Origin: Eledone cirrhosa
Lineage: Eukaryota
Length of the DNA: 64,000 nt
Assembly (NCBI GenBank): GCA_964016885.1
Contig: OZ024741.1
Coordinates: 304,172,001-304,236,000, forward strand
Direction: 5' to 3'
Both the position numbers and the translations under genes were made by a program. This document shows positions 1-11,066 of the stretch, one piece after another (position 1 is the first letter of the stretch; each line of letters starts with the position of its first letter). The notes below the pieces were generated by a model that was given only the letters and a program-made list of their open reading frames with translations, had not been told where the DNA came from and searched no databases.

Positions 1-373
1 TGTGTGTGTGCGTGCGTGTGTGCATGCGTGCGCGTGTGTGTGTCATTATCACCATCATATATATATTGTGCATGTTTATATTATGTATACATGCATGTGT
101 GTGTGTATGTTTAGTCAGGTATGTACATGTTTGTAAGTGTATATGTGTGCATTTGCCCACCCCACTCAGTTTCTAATTAAGTTTCCTGGGAACAAGGAGA
201 CGGGGATTTAGCAATAAAACCTCTCTTGGTGGAATGAAGACAGTGACAAGTATGGTTCATTGTGTGTGTGAGAGAGAGAGGGAGAGAAAGAGAGAGAGAG
301 AGAAGCCGGAGAAAGAAATATGAGAGATAGAAAGAAAGAGGGATGGTAATGAGAGCACATAAGGGTGTGTATA

Positions 374-1115
374 CAGGGTTGCTCAGGACATTTGTCTGAA
401 TTTAGAAAAAAACACATAAGTCATAGAAATGAGGTTTATTTGAGAAGAAATTGGCATGAATAGTCTTGAAACTCTTCTTGACACATCTATTCAGATGACT
501 CCTTCAATGCAAAGTCTGAAACATTGACATGCCAGATGATCTTGATCTATTTTGAACATTATGTTAGTAATGGCGGGTTTTCAGATATTTTATTGTGTTA
601 TGGGAGTGTTGCTTAACTTTCCTCTTAACTAGGCTCCAAATACATAGTAGTCCAATGAACTTAGGTCATATGTTTAGGGTGGCGTGATCATGGATATTGT
701 AACACATCCATTCTTCAGTTGTCTTCACCTTATAAGGCAGTACAAAATCTTGTTGGTAAGTAGACAGTCTTCCTCTGTTCACACTCCCTATCCAAAGGAC
801 CCACAACCCTCTCCAGCACCTTCTTATAGTCAGCAACAGAAACCCTTAAGTCCTGAGGAAAGAAGTGAGGAGGCATGACATCTCCCTCATTGCTCACAGT
901 CCCCACAACCATTACAGTTGCTGGAAACTTTGTATACATGACTGTTGGAAAGTCTTTAGGGTCTCTGCATAACCATCTGTCATTTCTTCGGTTGACCTTT
1001 TGGTCCTGATCAATGTTTTTTCATCAGAAAAAAAAAGCAACAACAAAAAAACAAAGAATTCCAGGATCTTGATGTTTCAACTTGCTTAACAAGTGCTTTG
1101 TGTGGATGGATCAAT
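374..1115 (-). mobile_element. Decayed Tc1/mariner-superfamily (DDD, maT/mariner-like) transposon, 3' part with transposase remnants
   Basis: Minus-strand frames give FFSDEK..DQDQKVNRRNDRWLC, TKFPATVMVVGTVSNEGDVMPPHFFPQ (ORF 730-939), YQQD and YDLSSLDYYV (cf. PDLNPLDY), with frameshifts; terminus TA|CAGGGT at 372-379; truncated by a SINE at ~1128. Confidence 0.85.
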
Positions 1116-1127
1116 TGTTAATAAATA

Positions 1128-1322
1128 ATAATTGTTTCTACTTTAGGCACAAGACCAGCAATTTGAAGGGGAGGGGAAAGTCAATTAAATCGACCCCAGA
1201 GCATAACTGGTGCTTTATTTTATCGACCCTGTAAGGATGAAAGGTAAAGTCGACCTCAGAATGTAAAGGGACGTAACCCTATGCCACAAAGCATGTTGTC
1301 CGGCACTCTATCGATACTGCCA
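1128..1322 (-). mobile_element. tRNA-headed Nin-domain SINE
   Basis: Reverse complement carries CCTTTCATCCTTACAGGGTCGATAAAATAAAGCACCAG (Nin/Deu-like core), head TGGCAGTATCG and an AT-rich tail. Confidence 0.85.
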
Positions 1323-1515
1323 TAAAAATAATAATAATAATAAAAGGTAGGACCAATTGGACAATGTAATCTTATAAACTATCTGAAAAAATTGGGTGGT
1401 CATGGTTGTAGCGCCTTTGATTATAAGTTAACTCAAGCAGGATCTGACCTGGAGTTAAACAACAATTAACAGCTACAGCAAATTTGAATGCTAAACATCT
1501 AAGTTTAGAGTTTAA

Positions 1516-1723
1516 CTCTTTAGCATTTACATTACTCTATATATACTATTGTATTTTCACAGTAAAAGCTTTATCTCACATAGTATCGAATCTATGAGAT
1601 TTTGATATTATTTATTTTGAGAACAATTCCTTAACATAAGTATGAGTGACCAGTTACAGCTGGCTTGAACAGAAAGAGGTGAGAGAATTCTGACTGGATA
1701 TAGCCAGTTTAAATGCTAAAGGG
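1516..1723. mobile_element. TTAA-flanked (piggyBac-like) MITE, family A
   Basis: ttaa|ctctttagcattta ... taaatgctaaaggg|ctaa; internal sequence shared with 39256, 44868 and 63703. Confidence 0.75.
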
Positions 1724-1952
1724 CTAAAAAGATACCCACTCGACTATTTCACTTCTAATAAACCCATGAATTTGAAGACATTTTTTCCATTTATTTTGAC
1801 AGAAAGTATATTATAGACAACCTAAAGAATTTTGAAGACAAAAACAAACAAGAAACAATGAAAAAATAAAATACAAAAAGAAATCTAAAAAAAAAAATGG
1901 AAAAAACAATAAATGAAGAAAAGGAGAAATGAAAACTATTGGCTGTTAACAG

Positions 1953-2030
1953 ATCTGAAGTATTTTGGCTGGGAAAGTGAAAGAAAATACCCAAAAGGCA
2001 ATAAAGGAGAAGACAGTTTCATTACCAGTG
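1953..2030 (+). CDS. Possible internal exon (phase 1-1) of an unidentified host gene
   Basis: cag|...78 nt open as (D)LKYFGWESERKYPKGNKGEDSFITS...|gtgagc; good donor, but no polypyrimidine tract. Confidence 0.15.
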
Positions 2031-3247
2031 GTGAGCCTTTTAAGTGACTGACAGCTAATTTCAATGAACACAGATGAACAGATGAATCAGGAACACCTTA
2101 GCTTTGTTTGCATAGCTTCTACTACTACTGGTGCAAATACTACTACTACTGCTGCTGCTGGTGCTAATAATAATAATGGTTTCTGATTTAGGCACAAGGC
2201 CAGAAATTTTAGGGGAGGGGAAAGCTAATTTCAGCAGGATTTGAACTCGGAACGTAAAGGGATGTAACTCTATGCCACAAAACATTGTGTCCAACATTCT
2301 ATCACTTCTCGGCTTTTTGGCAAAGATCAAAGTGTAGTTTCTGCACAATCTCCATATAATAAAAAAGGTTTTCCTATGAGCTAACAAGATGGCCTTTATG
2401 TGGTTGCTTGCCTTGTTAAAAATGATAACCAAATCTCCCATTACTCACATTCTAAAGTCTTCAAAAAAAGAAGAAAAAAAGGGGGGGGGGGGGACAGCCA
2501 TATCTGCAAATGCATTTGATGATGGGTTTTTGATCAGAGATGAACTGGGGCTAAACAACAAATACATTTTCCCATCACTTATTACCTCCATATTATAGTG
2601 GCACAAAGGATTCAGTTGGTGTGCTTAGTGTTTTCTTTAACCCTTTAGCGTTGAAACGAGCTCTATCCGGCCAAAATCCTCTCACCTCTTTCTGTTCAAA
2701 CCGACTGTAACTAGCCACTCATACTTATGTTAAGGCATTGTTCTCAAAATAAATAATATCAAAATCTCATAGATTCAATATTATGTGAGACAAAGCCTTT
2801 ACCATAAAAACACAATAGTATATATAGTATATATACTGCCAGTGGTGAAACAAAGGTAGAAACTTTAAAACACTTTCCTTACTTTACAAATACACTGCTT
2901 ACTACTACTACTACTACCACTACCAGTAATAATAGTGGTGGTAACAATAAGGGGGAAATGGTAAGAGTGCTGTCACAGAGCTGAATACAAGTTTGGAATG
3001 GAAGGAGACAGACAGCTGAAGACTTCTCACAACAACAGGTGCAGACAAAACAACAGTAATAACTGTAAGGACAAGACAACAGAATAATAACAACAATGGC
3101 AAAGCCAAGACAATGTAACAACAACATTAACAACTACAGCATCAGCTGCTGAATGTTAATTTTTGCCACTGAAATGGCAAGGAACTATATTGATTTGCAG
3201 ACCTGTTGGAACCTGAATGTTGCCAGCGCAAGAACTAATGTATAATT

Positions 3248-3605
3248 GAAGAAGAAAAAGAAAAAGAAAACAAAAAAGAAAAAGAAGAAAAAGAAAAAGA
3301 AGACAAAGAAGAAAAAGAAAAAGATAAAAAGAAAAAAGAAAAACAAGAAAAATAGAAAAAGATAAAAAGAACAAGAAAAATAGAAAAAGATAAAAAGAAT
3401 AAGAAAAAGAAAAAGAAAAAGAAAAAGAAGAAAAAGAAGAAAAGAAAAAAAAGAAGAAAAAGAAGAAAAAGAAGAAAAAGAAGAAAAAGAAGAAAAAGAA
3501 GAAAAAGAAGAAAAAGAAGAAGAAAAAGAAGAAGAAAAAGAAGAAAAAGAAGAAAAAGAAGAAAAAGAAGAAGAAAAAGAAGAAGAAAAAGAAGAAAAAG
3601 AAGAA
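3248..3605. repeat. (GAA/GAAAAA)n purine-rich microsatellite
   Basis: Direct reading; source of the poly-F and poly-L ORFs. Confidence 0.95.
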
Positions 3606-3899
3606 TGTGATGGTTATGGTGATCCAAATGGTATAATAAGACTCCATATTAAAATCAATGCCATTAGCAAGTAATTATTCTTTTCTCTGTCTTGTCCTCT
3701 TGTGTGTTTTGTTGCCAGATAGAACAGGTGACAAATTAACATCAAATCTTCATCTACAAATTAATTCTGTTGTCGGTCAAATTATGTTCTTCATGAAGCC
3801 TATTGCAAATCAATTCTTTTGTATTAACAACAATGCACTCAATACATGTACTGTATTGTGATGGTTAAGAATCCATACATATACTTGCAATTATACATT

Positions 3900-4330
3900 T
3901 GATCATGTGCTTTCCTTTCCTTAGACATTCTAACCACATGTCCATAATACCAGATCTGTGATCTCTCAATGTAGAGAAGTAGTGGATCTACCTGGAATAA
4001 TTCCATTTTCCAAGCTATGCACTGTATTAAGTAACATTACCCCAAAGAATCTTCAGAGGAATCAAATTGTGGTCACTTGTATTTGCAATCATATTCTTTT
4101 AGTCATTACCCAAGATTCATGATCAGGAGTAAAGGTACGCATGAATACTGAAGTGAAGATAGCTAGTTGACTTTTACACCTACCTCCCTTTTTCTGATGA
4201 CCGAGTGCTGAAGCTCCCGCAATTCTTGCATTTAATTTAGCCTTCTGCCTCAGGTACTTGAACCTCTCCACTCACATGCAAAGTACATTACACAGGTTTT
4301 CTCAAGAGGATGAATGTCTCTGTCTTTGCA
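3900..4330 (-). mobile_element. Old RTE-clade LINE RT C-terminal fragment
   Basis: ERFKYL..LNARIAGAS..LAIFTSVF..DHESWVMT and VDPLLLYIERSQIWYYGHVVRM match RTE motifs (F.YLG, YG.E.W, RW.GHV.RM). Confidence 0.75.
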
Positions 4331-4844
4331 GGCAGATTTTACAGGCAAAGCCAACTGACAGGAGATCAAGTGATATAGCTGGATAAGATCCATAAGCTCA
4401 ATTATTCTCACCTAGGAGAGGGTTGCTTTTAACGGGACCTCTGGAAGGTGTACCTGAGAACATTGGCCCCACAATAGTTTGCAAGAAGAAGAAGAAAGGA
4501 AGAAGAATTAATAACTGTAGTAAATCCCTCAAAAGATTTTCTTTAATATAGAGTGTATTTCATTAGAGATAGGGGGTCAGGTTGAAGAAATAGTTAAAAG
4601 ACAGCTAGGTTGTTTATGACATTTTAGTCTTGCCAGAAAGAGATCCACCCACTGTCAAACGTTATATGTATGACTAAGCCTGACTAAAAACACACACTAA
4701 TGTTACATGGAGAGCAAGATAACAGGTTCCTACTTACATTAGTCCACTGTGTGAGAGGGAGGAGGTGGGGGTGGCAGTAGAGAAAATATGTTAGAAGAAA
4801 ACAAGATCTTTCCTTGGCATAGTCTGTGGGTGTGGTTGACAAAT

Positions 4845-4886
<42 letters not shown>

Positions 4887-5233
4887 GACTAGAATAAAAC
4901 TATTTCAGTCATATTACACCTTAAATAGCTCAAATACTATCTATATATCTAAAACAGAGAATGTCTGTCTGTCTGTCTGTCTGACTCCCTAAAACTCGAG
5001 AACCACCCAACCGATTGTTTTCAAACTTTACACATGTAATACTTATGGTCCTGTGAGTGTTTTGAGCAAAAGATATTTCAAGTTTTCAATGCCCTAGGGA
5101 TCGCATTAGGGGATTTAGCGATCTCTCTCTATAATTCTTAGTTTTTCTTTTTAGATAGATACATAGATATAACGTTGCGCCCTTATAATATCTGTCTGTT
5201 TGTCTGGCTGTCTGCATTACGACATTATGACGC

Positions 5234-5360
<127 letters not shown>

Positions 5361-5494
5361 ACGTTTTTCAAAATATTTACTTCTGCATTCACAGATTGAT
5401 TTTTTTTAGTTTCAGAAGATCCTGTTAAGAGTGAAAGCACCGATTCTTTGCTTAAACTTTTATCTGTTATTTTAATATATATATATATATATAT

Positions 5495-5845
5495 GTTTCT
5501 TTATTAGCCACAAAAGAAGGAGACAAATAGAAAGGGCGAAGTTTACATACAATAAAAACGTGTAAAATACTATCACAAATGCAATTTAAAAATTAATCGA
5601 TTTTCCCCAATAGGGGGAGACATTTCATATGGGTAACACATACCCCCGAAAAAATGTGCAGCCCTCATCTCCAGGAGTACGAAGATTTTGTACCCCTTTC
5701 CTCTCTTTCCTCAACCTACAGGCTGATATAGAGAGAAGGCCCATTCACTCAAGCTATTCTCGCCACTTTCACCCACCTTTCATAAAACTTGCTGGAGTAC
5801 AGCACCTCTCTCTCCATCCTGATTCTTCTTCTAAAATCCCTCCTT
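5495..5845 (-). mobile_element. Tx1/L1-like LINE 3' end nested in the Helitron
   Basis: RRRIRMEREVLYSSKFYERWVKVARIA resembles the C-terminus at 46680-46770; 3' end TTGTGGCTAATAAAGAAA. Confidence 0.7.
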
Positions 5846-6039
5846 TCTGAAACAGTACACAGAAGTACGGAATACCTTGGCCTCGGGATGGTGTCTACAT
5901 TTTGTGCTTATAAAAACAATTTGTCGTAGATTACCAGGGTTTTTTTCTGTGCGAAGAAAATCAATACTTTATCATGAAATAAATACTTTTGTTTATATTT
6001 TATTATGTATGCAAAAATATCTGTACACGAATATATAAT

Positions 6040-6073
<34 letters not shown>

Positions 6074-6276
6074 ATTATATATTCGTGTACAGATATTTTT
6101 GCATACATAATAACAAAATATAAACAAAAGTATTTATTTCGCGATAAAGTATTGATTTTCTTCGCACAGAAAAAAACCCTGGTAATCTACGACAAATTGT
6201 TTTTATAAGCACAAAATGTAGACACCATCCCGAGGCCAAGGTATTCCGTACTTCTGTGTACCATTTCAGAAAGGAG
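5840..6276. repeat. ~440-bp near-perfect palindrome with (TA)n centre
   Basis: Arms of ~200 bp are reverse complements with few mismatches; gives mirror ORFs 5908-6108(-) and 6005-6208(+). Confidence 0.97.
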
Positions 6277-6601
6277 AGATAAACATGCCAATCTATGTTT
6301 AGAATCCCGAGCAATGCCAGGCCATTCTGCTAGTATAGGCTAAAAACAATAATTCTAGAGCTTCATTTTTATTTAATTTATATTTAGGTGTAAATATTTA
6401 CAGTAAGTATTGCTAGCAATAAAAATACATTTTAAAATAAAAAATATAATTTCACCTACAAATTCGTGCTTATCCCATGGTTTTGTTCAGGCAAAGAAAT
6501 AGATAATTAATCAATAATTTAAGATGCTGAAAACTCACCAGTATATATATAATCATAAAGTACAAGTCAACAGGTATAATTCACTTTGTTTATTCATAAT
6601 C

Positions 6602-6660
6602 GGTGTTATATATATTTCGGTCATAAGCGTTATGCAACAGTTATGACCTCATCAGACAGC
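6602..6660 (-). ncRNA. Minimal type-I hammerhead ribozyme motif
   Basis: Minus strand: gctgt CUGAUGA ggtcataa-loop-ttatgacc GAAA tatatata acacc; intact core, perfect 8-bp stem II, short palindromic stem III, stem I partly paired (acagc in the other arm). Confidence 0.75.
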
Positions 6661-6797
6661 TAGAAGTTGAACAGAAAAACAAAAAAACATAAAGAAGAAA
6701 TAAAGCTTACTTTTGTTGTTTCGATTCATTGATATAGTCCAGGCTGAAATCAAAACAACAAAAGTGAGCTTTATTTGTTTTTCCTGTTTAACTTCTA

Positions 6798-6856
6798 GCT
6801 GTCTGGTGAGGTCATAACTGTTGCATAATAGTTATCGCCGAAATATATAAAACAGC
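6798..6856 (+). ncRNA. Degenerate hammerhead motif (second arm)
   Basis: gctgt CTGGTGA ggtcataac..gttatcgcc GAAA tatataaa acagc; core A->G change; stem I gctgt/acagc intact. Confidence 0.6.
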
Positions 6857-6901
6857 GATTATGAATAAACAAAGTAAATTATAACCTGTTGACTTGTACT
6901 T

Positions 6902-7185
6902 CATCATCATTTTACGTCAATTTTTCCATGCTAGCATGGGTTAGACGGGTTGTCCTGTTGTGGGCAATGTTAGGTCAGGTAACCATGTCTTGCACATACA
7001 GAACTGGTTTTGGCTTGGTTTCTACAGTTGGATGTCCTTTCTAATGCCAACCTCATTTACAGTGAGTACTGGGTGCTTTTTCTTTTTGTCATGTCACCAG
7101 CTCAACCAATTTACAGTGTGGGCTGGGTGCTTTTTGTTGTGTCACCATCACGACCACTTTACAGTGTGGGCTGGGGGCATGATTA
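6902..7185 (-). mobile_element. Short retroposon sharing the RTE 3' UTR and (GAT)n tail
   Basis: catcattttacgtcaatttttccatgctagcatgggtt..tttctacagttggatgtcc..tttacagtg resembles 10670-10900; related pieces at ~17255-17590, 18545-18860, 19921-20270, 24100-24390, 33395-33635 and 52045-52265. Confidence 0.8.
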
Positions 7186-7308
7186 TAAATATACTTTGAA
7201 GTAAACAGACCCATTTGTGTACTTCATAGAGTGCTCTACCTGCATACTAAACTGTCGGTGATAAACTAACACATACTCTAATTGTGTGTGTGTGTGTGTG
7301 AGTGTGCG

Positions 7309-7340
<32 letters not shown>

Positions 7341-7510
7341 GAACAATGAAAATAAAACAAAAGTCTGAGATAGGTAGTTAATTAGTTCAATGTTTTATGA
7401 TTGTTTCAGAGGGTTGACAGGTCATGGTAGATCAATATATTGACTAGCGCGTTGTGGCTACATCGCTACCTGTTTCTAGTTTTGAAATCCCTGATCTTCT
7501 TCTTCTTCAG

Positions 7511-7597
7511 ATTGTTTCTGAGGAAGACATGTTAATTCAGGAGCAGTCTGTTCTGTTGAGCAAATACCAGGAACACTCATCATTGAAACCAACTGAG
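7511..7597 (+). CDS. Candidate internal exon (phase 0-0) of an unidentified host gene
   Basis: Branch-like ctgat plus tcttcttcttcttcag| acceptor; 87 nt open, IVSEEDMLIQEQSVLLSKYQEHSSLKPTE; donor GAG|gtctat (weak). Confidence 0.35.
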
Positions 7598-7689
7598 GTC
7601 TATTCCGTTCTATTTTCATACATACAACACATGCACACATAGTGTATGACCCATGAATATGTTGGGGCTAATAGTATATGTGTGGACTG

Positions 7690-7912
7690 CCGATTGAATA
7701 CGCATATGATTATTTTTCTGCCCAATTTTTCTTCTCATTTCCCTGTTCCTTCCTCTCATCACTCTTTACTGTCTATTCATCTTCTATTTCTAACTATACC
7801 TTCTGATGAAGGACTAGCGTCCGAGACTTTAAGACTCTCTTCCTGTTATTTCAAGCATTAGACTAATATATTTCTTCTATGTACTGTGCCATTTGTTTTT
7901 GTTATTACTCTT
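7690..7912 (+). mobile_element. Short repeat with hammerhead-like motif (Penelope-like 3' end), copy 1
   Basis: ctt CTGATGA a ggac-tagc-gtcc GAGA cttt aag at 7800-7833; homologous to 18040-18260 on the opposite strand. Confidence 0.55.
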
Positions 7913-7922
7913 ACATACATAC

Positions 7923-7958
<36 letters not shown>

Positions 7959-8018
7959 AAGGGTGGTGCCCCAGCATGGCCTCAGCTGGATGGCTGGAAC
8001 AGGTAAACGAGTAAAAGA

Positions 8019-8083
<65 letters not shown>

Positions 8084-8149
8084 TATAGAGAGGGGGGAGG
8101 GGCTGAGTGTAAATATGTCTGTGTATGATAAGAAAACAGTGAACTGGTT

Positions 8150-9340
8150 TATAGTGTATGTGTGTGCATGTGATAGAGAGATATGCTGTTTATAAATGTG
8201 TGTGAGAGAGTGTGTGTGTGTGCATGCCTTTGTCAGTGGGGGCATAAGAAAAGAATTCTACAATGTGTGTGGCTGTGTTTGTATATGTGTGTATGCATCT
8301 GTGTGTATATATGAGTTCATGAGTAGGTGTAAGTATGCATGTATGTGTGCATGTATGCTTATGTAAGAGTGCATATGAGAATGTGTGTGTATGTGCATGC
8401 ATATGTGAATATGTGAGTGGATATGTGTTTATGCATGTGCATGTATATGAGTGCATGTGGGTTAGTGTGTATGCATGTGTGCTTAAATGAGTGTATATAT
8501 ATATATGTGTGTGTGTGTGTGTGCATGCTTATATACGAGTCCACAGGAATAATGTGTGTATGTATATCTGTGTACTTATATGATTGCATGAGTATATGTG
8601 TGTGTGCTTATATATAAGTGCATATGAGTATGTATGTGTGTGTGTGTCTATGTATGTATGTATACAATTCTATTTTGGTTTAAAATGTATATATTTGTAC
8701 AGTGAAGTATATGTGTATTTGAATACAGATGCGTGTGTGTATTTGTGTTACAGGTGTATTTGTAGAGTGTATGTGTATATGTGTTGCTTGTGTCCGTAGT
8801 GTGTATGATGAGTGTGCTTATATGCAAGTGTCGGGTGTGTGTGTGGTCTGTGCATATGTTTCTATACAGATGCATGTACTTGTACACAAGTGTTTGTGGT
8901 GTTTCTGTACAGGTATATGTGTATTTGTGAGCAGGTGTAAGTGTGGAGTGTGTATGTATATAGGGGTGAGTGGGGTGGTGTGTGATTGTATACAAGTGCA
9001 TGTGATGTTTCTCTATAGGTATGTGTATTTGTCTGTAGGTATGTGTATTTGTCTGTAGGTATGTGTATTTGTCTGTAGGTATGTGTATTTGTCTGTAGGT
9101 ATGTGTATTTGTCTGTAGGTATGTGTATTTGTCTGTAGGTATGTGTATTTGTCTGTAGGTATGTGTATTTGTATTCATCTGTTCATGTATTTGTCTGTAG
9201 ATATGTGTAGATTTGAACATGTATGTGTGTATTTGTGTACATGTATGTGTGTTTGTCTGTAGGTGTGTGTGTGTTTGTGTACATGTGCGTTTGTGTACAT
9301 GTATGTGTGTGTATATCTATGTGTGTATTTGTATACAGGT
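8150..9340. repeat. Degenerate (TG/TA) low-complexity tract including a perfect 20-bp minisatellite (aggtatgtgtatttgtctgt, ~8 copies, ~9017-9172)
   Basis: Direct reading. Confidence 0.92.
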
Positions 9341-9856
9341 GGAGAAGGCATAACGAAGAAAAAAATATACAAAACAAACAAAACAAATGAAAAATAAGTG
9401 AGCAAGAGGAAGAAAAAGAATGGAGAGAGAGGGGGGGAAGAGTGGCAAAGGTACAGTGAACAGTTAAAGAAAGCTAAGATAATCTTATATTGGTTCAGAA
9501 TGATAAATAGAGAGATAGGATAAATAGATACAAGGAAACAAATATATAGATTTAGATAGATAAGTAATAGATACACATTGTGGGAGAAGGGGGGGGGGGG
9601 TAGAGATCGATAAACAAGCAGATAGACAAATGGACAAACAGAGATTAAATAGATAAATATATAGGCACACAAAAATAGATAGATATAGGGAGGTAGGTAT
9701 AAAAAGAGATATATACAGAGATATGTATACAGAGAGAGAGATGGAGATCAACAGACAGACAGACAGATAGATATACAGATAAATAGATATAGGGAGATAG
9801 ATATACAGAGATATATATATAGAGAGATAGATATATATAGAGAGAGAGAGAGTGAA

Positions 9857-9904
<48 letters not shown>

Positions 9905-10395
9905 AGAGAGATGGAGATCAACAGAGTCAGACAGATAGATATGTTTCTTTATTAGCCACAGAGGCACAAAAGAAGGGGACAAATACAAAGGGGATAGATA
10001 GATAGATGGTAAGAATAAACAGAAAGTTCTTTTAGAAATGTCACTGTCCCCTACCCTCCAGGAGTCACATAGGTAGTCAGCAAGTTTGGTGAATAGCCAT
10101 CAAGAAGGCAAATGTTTGTAGTTGGCCAGGCTTAAGTCAGATAGGGTTAATTGAAATGTTAAACCACTGGTTCATGTGCAGTGGGGAAGTAATGTATTTG
10201 TGACCTCAGCAGACACAAGAATGTCAGTCAACATGATTGGGAGTTGTGGCAGACACAAGCTAGCTATATCACTCTCCAACACACACCAATCTTCCAGCTG
10301 AAAGAGAAAGTCACGAAGTGGACAGCTAGTTCATGTCTAACATGAAATACACACATTTTAAACTAGTCTTCTGCATTGAATATATATATATATAT

Positions 10396-10599
10396 GAAAA
10401 GGTTCAGGACCCCGACGGCAGAGCTCAAGCCGTTTGAACGGCTATTTCTGGACTATTTTGTAGTCCAGAAATAGCCGTCGAAACAGATTGAGCTCTGCCG
10501 TCAGGGTCCTGAACCTTTTCCTATTACCCACTCTACTACCCAAAGTATCGAGTACTCTGGTGCGTTATGGTCCACCTGGTTCCGTACCACACCTCCTTC

Positions 10600-10601
<2 letters not shown>
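10396..10601 (+). mobile_element. TA-flanked fold-back element (125-bp hairpin plus conserved tail)
   Basis: gaaaaggttcaggacc...ggtcctgaaccttttc hairpin 10396-10520, then actctactacccaaagtatcgagtactctg, a motif also seen at ~30138 and ~55488; (TA)n on both sides. Confidence 0.65.
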
Positions 10602-10643
<42 letters not shown>

Positions 10644-11066
10644 TATTCAATGCCGAAGACTATATATATCATCATCATCATCATCATCAACGTTTAACGT
10701 CCGTGTTCCACGCTTGCATGGGTTTGGACGGGGGTAGTCCCACTTGAGGCAAGAGTGATTGTCTTGCTCGCATAGGACTGTCTGGCAGGTTTTCTACAGT
10801 TGGATGCCCTTCCTAACACCAACCACATTTACAGTGTGGGTCTGGGAGGTTTTTACCGTGTTGCCTACACGGCCACATTACAGCGTGGACTGTGTGTTTT
10901 TTTGTCGTGACACCTACACGATCTCATTTGTTTCGGCCTCGATGGCGCGGCACCAACATAACTTTACATAGAACGGGGTGGTGTGGATCGGGTGGGGGTG
11001 GTGGTGGTGGGACGGGGTGTATTTTGTTAGAGATGCCTACTGGCTGGAGTAGGTTTTACTATATAT

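Larger units (their letters stand above)
6558..6901. mobile_element. Fold-back (inverted-repeat) element, probably a Penelope-like pLTR pair
   Basis: aagtacaagtcaacagg...cctgttgacttgtactt inverted arms, each with a hammerhead motif followed by AATAAA; preceded by (TA)n. Confidence 0.75.

Noticed and set aside
3156-3647. Poly-Phe and Leu-rich ORFs
   Set aside because: Translation of the (GAA)n microsatellite
4195-4225. Other CTGATGA hits (also ~18753, ~24816, ~36581, ~47622) as hammerheads
   Set aside because: No stem II followed by GAAA; chance matches or (GAT)n tails
5908-6208. Pair of near-identical small ORFs on opposite strands (toxin/antitoxin-like)
   Set aside because: A consequence of the palindrome and its (TA)n centre
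8648-9220. 190-aa His/Thr/Tyr-rich repeat protein
   Set aside because: Translation of the 20-bp minisatellite and TG tracts
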